DNA of 56,008 bases, filler included, from Jimgerdemannia flammicorona (lineage: Eukaryota): assembly GCA_003990765.1 (NCBI GenBank). It is 3 parts of 3 records of this genome, joined end to end, with 100 filler letters (N's around TTAATTAATTAA, not from the genome) between each part and the next. Parts side by side here need not be neighbours in the genome. Positions count along the whole stretch, not along the records: positions 37,408 to 56,008 come from RBNJ01002166.1; 2 more parts are not named here. The stretch is one strand, 5' to 3'. Under the pieces are notes generated by a model. It did no database searches and was not told where the DNA came from. It was given only the letters and a program-made list of their open reading frames with translations. The translations under genes and the position numbers were made by a program. Of the stretch, positions 37,408 to 48,555 are shown piece after piece (position 1 is the first letter of the stretch; every line of letters starts with the position of its first letter).

Positions 37408-38195
37408 ACCGAGCCATAGGGACCACAACCCCGCCAACCATCACCCCCTTTTCCATGGCTGCCAACAAGGCATCTTCCTCCTCGAACCCCACTTCAACCC
37501 CTTCCTTCCCCCTCAAAAACTTCACCGACGCTGCTCCCCTAGCCTCCTGCGCCACCAGCCCCAAAATCATCCTTGACGTCACTGCTAAGCCCCAGAAGCA
37601 CATTGTGACTGCAAATTCGGACCTCGACTTCTTGAGTAACGGGGCTGACACTATGCCCATCACCCCATCCGCCAGGTCCCTGGGCCTCGTGCCCACTCCA
37701 AGTCCCGAATTGCCAACTGCTGTCACATCTGGATTTTTTGCCAGATCCCCAGTCACAGCCCCATCAACCGTCACATCTCCAGCCCCTACTCCGGCCTCTT
37801 CCCTACCACCAGAAGTACCCTGGGGTGCACCTCCTTGACCCCCGGTAGTAGCCATCGACGCCTTCCCCAGGCCCAGCCAACTATCCAGCCCAGAAGCCAT
37901 TGCCCCCATCCTGACCTTGTCAGCAAAGGTCGTCCTCTCCCCTCCTCTCTGCCTCAGACCTCCCCTCCCTCTGCCACTGGGGCCCTGGCTAGCCATCGAG
38001 GCCCCTGGCATCCCCAAACCATCTCCCCTCCTCCCCACCTGCTGCCAGCCAAAGGCGCCGCCACCCCCCTGGCCAGTACGCTCATCAGATCGATCGTTGC
38101 CGTCTATGTTGTTAGTCATTGGACACCAAAAACATTGTAGAAAGTGTTGTCTGAGTCTTGTGTAACCTGAATGTTACTGGAGAAAGATGCGCAGA
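37408..38195 (-). mobile_element. 5' part of an L1/Tx1-type LINE (5' UTR and open ORF1 N-terminus); relatively young subfamily
   Basis: ORF from 38119 is open to the gap and homologous to ORF1 at 31527. It retains many CpGs. 5' UTR CATCTTTCTCCAGTAACATTCAGG. Confidence 0.9.
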
Positions 38196-38200
38196 AGACC

Positions 38201-39851
38201 TGTCTTGAATTCTTACAAGAGTGACTCTTGTAGTCAAGGTAGTTATTGTGGTGATTGTTTGTTTTTCAGCTTGAAAGTGAGGGATTTGTCTTGAATCACC
38301 AGCCAATAGGCACCAAGTTGTTATGTAGTGATCACTGAGTCCTTCAAATATGCCAGATTCTCTTCAAGGTATATCTCTTAGACTAACTCAAGTTTGTTTT
38401 AAGCAAGTTCTTATTGGAGTACCTTTCCAAGGTCTTATAGTCCTCAAACTCCTTATCTTTAAACTGTCTTGTTATCTCTTAGATTGCTTGCAAGGAAGTG
38501 TATATATTGTATTGAGAGGAACTGACTTTATTTCAGTAGAAATAAGAGGGATATTTATACAAAATATAATTCAATGGTTGCTAAGATATGAAGCTAAATA
38601 TAAATTCCAATAACTAAAATAAAATACTAGGATAGGAAAAACTGCTAAGTTCCAGGGTTGGCACTGTTGGTTGTATAGGTTCAGAATACTAGTATAATTG
38701 CAGTAGTACAGAAAAATAGTACTGGAATAATTCAGTGTCACATCAGAATACCAGTATTGGTATAATTCAGTATCACTAAAGAACTTTAGAGTAGAATGTT
38801 CAAGACTATAGGAGCTTCATCCTCATCAGAGGTCAGGATGTCTTCAAAGGAGATGAGGTCTATAAATTCATCATAATTACATAGGTCACATATTTCATAT
38901 ATATCATACAGGATGACATCATCACCAATGACATCATCACATTTGGCAGTGATGAGAGCAAGGAGGTCTGGGGCTCTCCATTCTATGAGGTTCTCTTCTA
39001 CAAAATAGAGGACAAATGTGGGGTCTTAGAGAGGTCTAACCTAGATACTTGGGTCTTTGAATACTGAGATCAATCCTTACAGGAATTGGTCTGGGTTGTC
39101 CTGGAGGTTGGGATACCAGAAGTCTACTACTTCATTACTATTGAGGATGATAGTAGGCTGGGCTTCTGTAGCCACCCTGGCTTCTAGTGCATTAATACAG
39201 TAGGCTGATAGATCTCTAAAGTCTGAGACTCTGATATACTCCAAGTTGGGGATCGATTATGGTACATGTCTGAAGATCTGATGGATCTTCTTAGCTGTTC
39301 TTGTTTCATATATATTCATGGGAGTGGCATCTTGTAGCTCTTGAGTACTGGCCTATGGGAACTCCTGATAGAGGAGGTTTCTTATTTCATACTCCTGCTA
39401 TATTTAGAGGCATTTGGTAGCAATAGTGATCCTTGTTTCCATTTTATGGTAGTAGAGGATAAAATGATAAGGGTCATCAGTACCCAGGTTAACACTAGGA
39501 GTCCTTCTTGAGCAGGTCCTCATAGCTCTTCTGATGTCTTAGAACATTCTTTCTTTGACTGAGGTACCTTAGTGGTTCCTTGACCTTAAGGTTTGGTAAG
39601 TAGCAGGCATTTCATTTATAGTAAGTCTTTGAGCTATTTTGGGATTAGTGGGTCTTGTTGGTTGCTGCTACTGTGGTACTTAATCCTTCTTTTATATTCC
39701 TCAAGATATCTATACTGTGGTCACAATGACTCACAGTTGGTCATTATTGCTCATCTTGGATGCCATATAATCTTCTTGTACTCTGATCTGGTGGCTTGTA
39801 AGGAAAGACTGTCTCCTATACTGATGTCATCATTCTGGGATCACTGTTACA
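38201..39851 (-). mobile_element. Gypsy family Z copy 2: 5' LTR (38319-39851) with U3 ORF, PBS and start of gag
   Basis: Collinear with 5272-6920. TGTAAC start at 39851. PBS TGGTGCCTATTGGCT. Confidence 0.9.
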
Positions 39852-42800
39852 CTATGTATATTATAGCAGAATAGTATTGCTGAATAATTTAACTATATAG
39901 TCTTAAAAATAGTATATATGATAATTAATATGACTATATTATTATATTCTTATTGAGCCAAAGTCATCAATATAGTCGTATATATATATAACTAATATAT
40001 ATTTTGAGTATTGAACAAGAAATCTGACAATGATAATAAGTAATTCAGAAATAATCATAATATTACTTCTAAAGAGTTATAAAGTAGAACAAAGTCTGAT
40101 ATATATATTATATTTATATATATTTGGATATAATATATATATTCTTAATAAAAGTAATACTAATTAGTATAAGTTTGAGCTAAAAATCAGTAAGTATATA
40201 TTTCTTGGATATTTCAGTAAAGTGTATTAATACTGAGATCTATGTAAACATTATATAATAATCTCATATATAAATATAGAGCTATATATTCACTAGTTAC
40301 AAGAGCATAAACAGAATAATAACCTCATATATAAACTATATAAAGGATTATATAGCATCAAGCAAGTAGTCTATTTGTAAAATAGAAAAATCAATAAATA
40401 TCTTTTTGATAATAGTTTTATATATTGTAAAGTAAATAACTATATATATTTAATACTATACTAATAGAGTAGTATTCATAGGCATATGGATAGATAAATT
40501 ATTATCATTATAATAAAAAATAAACTTAATAGAGTTAAAGAAGCTCTATATAAGGAATTCAAGATAACTAATATAGGTGATATATCCTTTCTTTTGGGGA
40601 TATCTATTATATATAATAGAAGCATATATATCATATATCTCTCATAGTAAACTTATATCTATGGCATCTTTAAATACATAATTCAATATGAGTGAATGCA
40701 AGTTAGTAAATACCCTTATAAAAACTTTAATAAAGTTAAGAAAGGCCAATATTATACTAGAGAAAAATATGATAATATTCCTTATTAATAAGTAGTTAGT
40801 TCTCTCATATATCTCATACTAGAAACAAGGTCTGATATTTTATATACTATAAATAAGATAGTATAGTACTCATTATACTATGTATAATAATTTATATTAG
40901 AGTACTATTAAGAGAATATTTATATATATTAAAAAAATGGCTTACTATATATTCACCCTTGATAGTTTGAGCAAAAGTAATAATAATAATAATAATAATA
41001 AGAACAGTATATAACTATCTGATATATGTGATGCTGATTGGACTAGAGACTTAAATCTACAACTGGATACTTCTCTTAGTTAAATAATAAAGAAGTTATT
41101 TTATATCTTTCTCCCCTACCTTACCAGTCACAATGGTTTGGTAGGCAACCTTCTAAGTCTACTTTCCATAATTATTACACTCTCTACCTCTGGTTGGTTT
41201 GCTGTATCTGTTGCAGGGCAGTAGGAGGAAGGCAATGGTGATGAGTTGCCCCTTTATCAGTATTAGATCAGTGTCTTCTCTACTTTTTCACAGTTTCTAG
41301 TACCTTTGGCTACATCTGGAGTATATCCATTTTGGTATGGTACCCTCTTCCTTTTGCTGTCATCAACAAGGTATTGTCTTGATATATCTCAGGCTGTGTA
41401 GGGAGTCAGCTGACCTTGGACATCAAGTGCTCAGTATAGGTTACCTGTAGGTCCTTAGTGTCTATGATGGGGCCCTCTGGCTTTGGTGAGCTTCCTGGCA
41501 AGTATGGTTCTGGTATAGGTGACTGCTTTTCGGGTGTTGTCAGGATGGGAGGAGAGATGGCCATCACAGATAGGAGGAAGGGTGATAATGGTGAACCAGT
41601 AGGGTACCAGGCTGGAGGCAGTCATCAGGGCTGGAGTGGGTGCTGCTTCGGTGGGGCCTTTTGATTGGTGCAGCATAGTTAGGTGGTAGGTATCACTCTC
41701 AGCTTCTTTTGGCAGATTGGCAGGTTAGGCCCTGGTCATCAGGGGGGGTCGGGGGGCCTGAGGCTACCCATTTCAGGCATCTTAGCTATACTCAACTGGA
41801 ACCAAGAGATGATATGGCAATGTGATCAAGGCCCACAGGCTTGAGTAGTGGGGTATTGGGGGTCTCCTTTCACCTCACATATAAGTCTTTTACTTACCTC
41901 AACTGAGAGAACCAGGCCCTACCCACTGTGTTGTACTTTGATGAGGGTTTTTCTTTATCTGTCATTCTCTTTGGAGTGGCAGAGGCTATTCTATTTGGCT
42001 CAGATGTGGCCTTATACATATGTTGGGTTCTCAGATATGTGCTTTCAGTTATTGGCATATGGCTGGGTTTCCCCTGATGGTAGAGAGAGCATGGTATACA
42101 GAATGAGGTGCAGGCCAATATTGGCCCTGCTGCACCTGGCATGCTCAAGCTGCTGGATAATAGCTAGCCTAGATTAATGGGGGGATAGTGCTTGATGGGT
42201 AGTGGGGGAGGGTTTTGGCCTATATAGTTTAGGTTCCCTTCCAATAAAAATTCGCGGGACTTGAGTCTGTTAAAACAAAAAAAAAAAAAAAAAAAAAAAA
42301 GCAATATATATCATCTATATATACAGAGTAGCAAGTATTATCTACAGTAATAAAGAAAGCTATTTGACTATATCAGCTACTAAAAGAACTTAGATTTAAT
42401 TAGAAATAGTACTTATGCTCATCTATCAGAATAACTAGTCTATGATTACTATAGTAAAGAACTATATTCATTATAATAAAACTAAATATATTGATATATA
42501 ATATTATTACATAAGGGAATATATGGAGAATAGAACTATATATTTAAAATATATCTCTATAAATTATATATATAATTGTAGATTTAATTATTAAAACTCT
42601 TTTAGGATTAAAATTTAAGTCATATATTGATGAAATGAGTTGTATATATAATAAACTATATACTAGTAATAGATAATTATAAGATATTTTTGTAATATTG
42701 GAAAGAAAGTAGAAAAACAATATAATATATCTTTCTATATCTCTTACTTCAAGTATTATGTTATAGTTATTCGCTAGTTCTTCTTTTCCTTCTTCTATAT

Positions 42801-43150
42801 TTGAGATTTTCTACTATCAGAACCTATTTATATTTGTTATTTTTACTATAGTTTCTTATGTTTTAAGTATAGTTAAATAGTATTCTTTTAGTATATTTGC
42901 AGTTATTTTGTAGTTATTACTTAGTTATATTATATTCTTATATATTATCTCATTGAGTGGAAGTATGAAATTTCCATTATTTTGATATCTCAATAATGTG
43001 ATTTATATATATATATATAACTATGTCATCTTTAAGTTATATCACTTGATATATAAATATATACTATTTAAAATAATAAATAATACTTCTTTCTTCTCTC
43101 TACTCTATATTCTAACTAAGATATAATAAATTCTAATTTAATCAAATTAG
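39852..43150 (+). mobile_element. Extremely decayed Ty1/Copia element (IN-RT-RNase H-PPT), interrupted by element X
   Basis: Remnants of IFLGY (~40197), KLYKGLYSIKQ (~40332), CDADW (~41028), AI.LYQLLKEL and KTKYIDI (42355-42500). PPT TTGAGTGGAAG at ~42953. IN-before-RT order. Right boundary approximate. Confidence 0.75.
41105..42300 (+). mobile_element. Element X copy 3 (sense on +)
   Basis: Reverse complement of the other copies. AATAAA at 42243 and poly(A) to 42300. No clear TSD. Confidence 0.9.
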
Positions 43151-43569
43151 AGCAAATTTTAAATAAATTTAAATTGAAGTGAGATTTAATTTAATTTAAT
43201 TTAAAAGATATAATTTAAGATACTGTATTAATTTTTTATTTTTTATTAAAACTAAAATTCTAATATATTATAACAAGTACATAAATACTATAGTATAGTC
43301 AGATAATATACAAAATACTCAAATAGTTATTCAGTATTATTATACTTGTACTACATATCTACTTTAAATAACTAATATACTAAAATAGAATAAATTCTAT
43401 TCTTATCTATAAATATATTCTTACATATAAATACTATTACTATTTATAAACTCTATTTCTACTTGTGAACAGTAGATTACTCATTTCTAAATTAGTTTTA
43501 TTTTGGATTTTATAATTAATTACATAGCAATCAGCTAGTAACTATATCTTTATAAAATATACTAGTAAT

Positions 43570-43890
43570 ATGTAAGAGTAAATAAACCTCAGTCTGAAAA
43601 GTCAAAGAAAAGTAAAAGTCAATTATCTATCAAGAAGTTGTGAACTTTCTTTTCCGCTCTAGTCTACTTTTTGGTATAAAGAAGAGAAGATTTAATTTTG
43701 TAGACTTGCTAGACTAAGTTAGAAAACTTATATATTTTTAATCTACTTATCAGACAAGTCTAAAAGAACTTAACTACTATTTAAGATAATATCAGATTCT
43801 TTCAAAACTCAACAAAGCTAGTCTAATAGATATATCTTTATAATAAATCTAATTATATTAATAAATTAGTTACTGATATAACTTTACTAA
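43570..43890 (+). repeat. Decayed fragment related to the solo LTR at 24680-26186
   Basis: AATAAACCTCAGTC, CTTTTCC.CTCT.GTCTACTTT and ACTTGC.AGACTAAG match the reverse complement of ~25680-25905. Confidence 0.55.
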
Positions 43891-43894
43891 GTTA

Positions 43895-46800
43895 ACTTCT
43901 GCCTCCTTCTACTATGTCTGTGCCACTTTTGTAGCCTTCACCTCCTCTCACCTTGTAGACACTGCCCTCTTCTGTAGTGCTATCCAAGATATTCCCTCTA
44001 TCACCATTAACATTGATGCTGTTTGTCACTTTCTCCTTGCCAGCACCTCTTTTGTTGCTTGTCTTCATAAGCTGGAAACATTACATACTGCTGCCACTGC
44101 TCATGCCACTACTACTGCTCCCCTGTCTACCTCTCACAAGGTTTTGGTCTCCAAGACTATTTGTGCTGAGACTCATGCTGCCATCCATACCAAGGTCCAT
44201 TCCTTTGCTACTGCTACTACCAAGGCCCCTGCCAAGACTCTCACTAAGTCCAACCAGACTTCATCAGCCTCTTCTCAGTCCCCCTCTCCTGCCAAGACTT
44301 CCTCCTCCATTCCCTCTGCTCTCAAGCATGGCTGCCAACTTGGTTCACACTCTGTCAGGGCCTGGCCTTATGCTGTCTGCTCTGGTTGCCTCCACTGTGC
44401 CTACTGGTACCTGGCCAAGTCTATGTACCTACTAGTGTCTCTTGTACTGCTGCCCTTTGGCTGCTTGCTCTCTCTCTGCCTCCGCTACCAGTTCCTCCTC
44501 TACCTCCTCTATCCATGCTCCTGAATATAAGGGCTGCATGAAAGCCTGTGGCCACAAGGTCTGGCATTCTAATGAGGTGTGCTCATATTCATCGGATTTG
44601 CCATCTTCAAAAAAAAGTCAGAGGGAAGGAAAAGACCTCTCTCTCTTAAACTTCCCCTCAGTATAGTTCTCCTCTGGTGTCTCTGTTTCTTCTCAGATGC
44701 TATTGTCACTTCTGATATACTCTGAGTAGTTCCTCATATTGTCCTCCCTTTGTCTTTCCCAGTTGCTTGTCCTGAATTTTCAGATTTATTCTTCTCTTAG
44801 AACACTTTTGTCTCTTTCTTTTTCTTCAGCTAACTACTCTCTTTCTCTCCTTCAAGTCTTTGCCTTATCTTTGGGTCCTCGCTTTGTTTTTCCTATAACT
44901 CCCTCACAATTCTCCTTTATTGATCCAGCTCATCTTACTTATTTTCATTGTACTCTTGAGCTTACCATCTTCTTTGAGGATTATAGTGAGATGCTTTCTT
45001 ACTATTTTGTTCCTATTAATTGGGTCCTACCTCCCAATATCTCTTCACACTATATATTCCTTGACATAGCTTACTCACTGTCTATTCCTAGACATGCTCA
45101 CTCTTGCTTGGTTTTGGACCATATCATGCATACTGTACTTAAATTAGTCAAGTAATTGCCTTTGTATTTGCTCACAGTCACTAATAAGAATCAGAGTTTT
45201 GCACTTATTCCTAAGTTGCTCTACCTTGATGGCCTTTCTGCCCTCCTTTAAGCCATAGCTTACAAGCCTAGTGCTCTTAGATTAGTTGAGGTTCTCACTC
45301 TTCTTTAAGTTTCTCTGGCTCATGCCAGGTTGCTTTTAGATTTCCCTTTTATGAACACCATTTTTAACTTCTTTCAGGACTCTTTGTCCTCACTAGACAA
45401 TTGTCTTCCAGTTTTCTATACTCTTCCTAAAGTCCACAAGCCTACTTTGGCCTAGTATCCTATTACAGCTACTTTTAGCTCTTCTACCTCTGAGATTTCA
45501 AAGTGGTTATCCTGCTTCTTCCTCTCTTAGATGACTCTTCTTCAATACTATCTTGGGCCTAAGTATACTATTTTTCATGACACTCAGGAGCTCACCCTTC
45601 TCTATTCTACTATTATGTCTGTTCACTGTTTTTCCCATTTGGTCTCTGGTGACTTCTCTTCTTTCTATACTACTATTTGTTTTGATGAAATTGATGATTA
45701 TCTTCACTTCTTGGGTTCTATTGTTTTCCCTTTGGATTCCTCAGTTTCACTAGCTTCTATCATTGAGCTTATGCTCCTCATCTGCAGCTCCAACTATTTC
45801 AAGTTGGCTCTTGGCTCCTTTCACCAGACTTCAGATATTACCATAGGAACAAATTGTGCCCCCACTCTTGCCAATCTTATTGGCCTGGCTCATGAACTTT
45901 ATGTGATATGTGATTCTTCTTCACCTCTTTCAATTGCATTCCAAGCTGGGGATATCTTCTTTCACTGATACATTGATAACTTCATTGTCCTTACTATTGC
46001 TGGTGTTGATATTCCTAGTGTGTTCTACAGTATCTATCCTCTCCACCATTCTATTACTTGGGTGTGCAGTACAACCAGTATTCCCTTTTTAGACCTTTCC
46101 ATTTCTCTTTCTCCCCTCTGAAGTATTGTTTATTCTCATTTTCCCCATTTGCAATAGTTCTCTGACTTTCTTTCCAATCATCCTCATTGCACTCTTCTTA
46201 AATGTATTTAAGATGAGATTTGTCATCTTGCATTATACTGCTCCCATCATTCTGATTGGGTGTCTGCTGTTCAGGTTCTTGGTAACTTTATGATCCATCA
46301 TCATATCTACTCAATTTCTATCATTTGTGATCTGCTTGCTTCTGTTGAATGGTCTATTGTTCTCTCTTCCCTCCTCTCTCTCCTTTACCCCCCCTCCCTT
46401 CTCTCCCTCCCCCCTTACCCTCTCTGTACCCACTCTTCATTCCCTCTCCTGATTCTTATTATACCATTTGATCATGCTCACTGGGTCACTCAATACTCTG
46501 ACACCATCCTGTACTCTTGTTTTTCACACTATAGACTTTTGTCTCTTCCTCAATGCCCTCTGATTGCTCATTTATATCTTTCTTCTGTTTCTTCTTTAAT
46601 CCATTACTCTTGTTTTGTGTTTTCATCACCTTCTGATACCTCTGGCTCTGCTGGAGAGGATTAAAAAACATCCTTGCCCCCTCTGGGGTCTTGTGCTCAC
46701 TTCAGGGGCTCAGCCTTACTCTGCTCCCCTCTGCAGCCTTCAGTCCCTTGCTTTGCTTGGGCTCACTGTGGCTTGCTCTATTTCAACCTCACCCCTAACT

Positions 46801-47185
46801 TATACTCACTCCTCTGGAGTCTGCAGATGTTTTTTAATCTTGATTTGGATTTGTTTTGTTTATATTTGTTTGTGATTTTTATCCTGTAACTGAGATTGGC
46901 TCTCTCTTTATCTCTACTTATCTCTGGCAGTTATGTGGTTCCTAATTCAGTTTGCCCTAAGTTGTAGTATATTTCCCCTTTTGGGATTTCATATTTTATA
47001 TATAAGGACTGTGTTTTTATATGGCAATAAATGGCTGATGTATTTGCAGTTATATTCTTTATTTATCCCCCTTATATATGCTCTTCCACATATCTTCTAT
47101 TCACTTTGACACTGGCTCTGGATTCATTTCCCTGACTTCTGCTGGGCCCTTCTCCTCTACAACTCTATATTTATTAATAAAAAAA
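43895..47185 (+). mobile_element. Penelope-like retroelement without recognisable GIY-YIG endonuclease (Coprina/Athena-like), decayed; upstream ORF1 plus RT
   Basis: FYTLPKVHKP (~45414), SGDFSSFYTTI, NYF...QTSDITIGTNCAPTLANL, (R)YIDN and IPFLDLSI are PLE-type RT motifs. The ORF ends at 46664, followed by a 3' UTR and an A-rich end. Boundaries approximate. Confidence 0.82.
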
Positions 47186-47499
47186 TTTCTTTAAATAAAA
47201 ATTATATATTATTATTTTTTGCAGATAAATTTACCTATATTATAGCTTAAGAATTAACTAATAGAATATATATTTTTGTGGGCAAATTTGTCTGCAAATA
47301 TTTTACTATATATTTATTATAAATTTTTAATAAAAATTCTTTTTCTAAAAATTAATTTTTTAATATTTTTATATATTTTTTTGATCACATATTTATTAAT
47401 AAAAATATAAATATATATATTTTTTGTATAAATAATTTTTTTTTTAAATTAAAATTATATATATATATATATTTTTTTATAGTGCTTTATATTCTAAAA

Positions 47500-48400
47500 G
47501 TCAAGAAGATATATATTTATTAATTTTTACTTCTACAAAGTAGCTGCTTGCTTGATGCTATATAGTCCTTTATATAGTTTATATATTAGATTTTTTTTAA
47601 CTATTATTTACTTCATAGCCTTGTAACTAATAAATATATAATTATATATTTATATTATTATTGAATAGTGCTCCTAATAAATCAATTTAATCTGGATTGG
47701 ATTTGGATTGATTTGGATTGAATCCCATCCAGATGGATTTGAATCAACCATTGATTTGATTTCCAAATTAGACAATTAAATGTTTACATCAATAACTTGA
47801 TGAATAATCATCTAAATTTGATGATCTTAGAGTCATTTAAAAGCCCTTAATAAGGCCTATCTAATGATACCAAGAACATTGGAATCGGATTATGCGTTGC
47901 TGAGTTATTAAGGAAACCATCTGAATTGCCAATTTTGGAAATTATTTGATTTGCTGATTTTGGAAATTTCATCTAATAGAATGTTTTCCTTAATATCTTG
48001 GCAATGCGTAATCCAATTTTAATATTCTTGGTATCATTAGAAAGACCTTATTAAGGACTTTCAAATGATACCAGAATTATCAAATTTAGATAATTATTTA
48101 TTGAGTTATTGATATAAATATTTAATTGTCTAATTTGGAAATAAAAACAATGGTTGATTCGAATCCATCTGGATGGGATTCGAATCCCATCCAAGTTGAT
48201 TCAGGTGGGATTCGAATTACATCTGAATCCCATCTGGATTAACTCATTCAGAGTACTATTATTGAGAAATACTATCTTTATATATATCTAATAGATCTCC
48301 AAATCATATATAATATTGATTGCAAAAAGTATTCCAAGTAAAGTAAGCTTAAATATAAAAGAAAATATCTCATTATTATCTATATATATTATAATTCTAT
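47500..48400 (-). mobile_element. Decayed Copia pol fragment hosting a MITE
   Basis: 47545-47585 is the reverse complement of the Copia KLYKGLYSIKQ region at ~40330-40370. The part right of the MITE is only weakly recognisable. Confidence 0.5.
47666..48258. mobile_element. hAT-type MITE (593 bp) with a long internal inverted repeat
   Basis: TIR TAGTGCTC/GAGTACTA and 8-bp TSD TTATTGA(A/G) at 47658-47665 and 48259-48266. ~200-bp inverted arms at 47720-47917 and 47984-48181. Confidence 0.8.
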
Positions 48401-48555
48401 AAATAATGCTTAGCAATAAAATAAGCTTTAAATTTTTTTTTTTTTTTCACTTTTTTTTTTCGAGTAGCATCGTAAACTGTCGTTTTGCCTTTCTTGTTAT
48501 TGTCGGATCGCTAATAAAAATAACAACCATGTTAACCTCCTTCCTCTACTTTCAG

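Noticed and set aside
48406..48555. ATG at 48406 or 48529 as the VTC4 start codon
   Set aside because: The upstream frame is poly(T)-derived with no SPX similarity, and a canonical acceptor sits at 48555. An SPX-less start at 48529 cannot be excluded but has no support.
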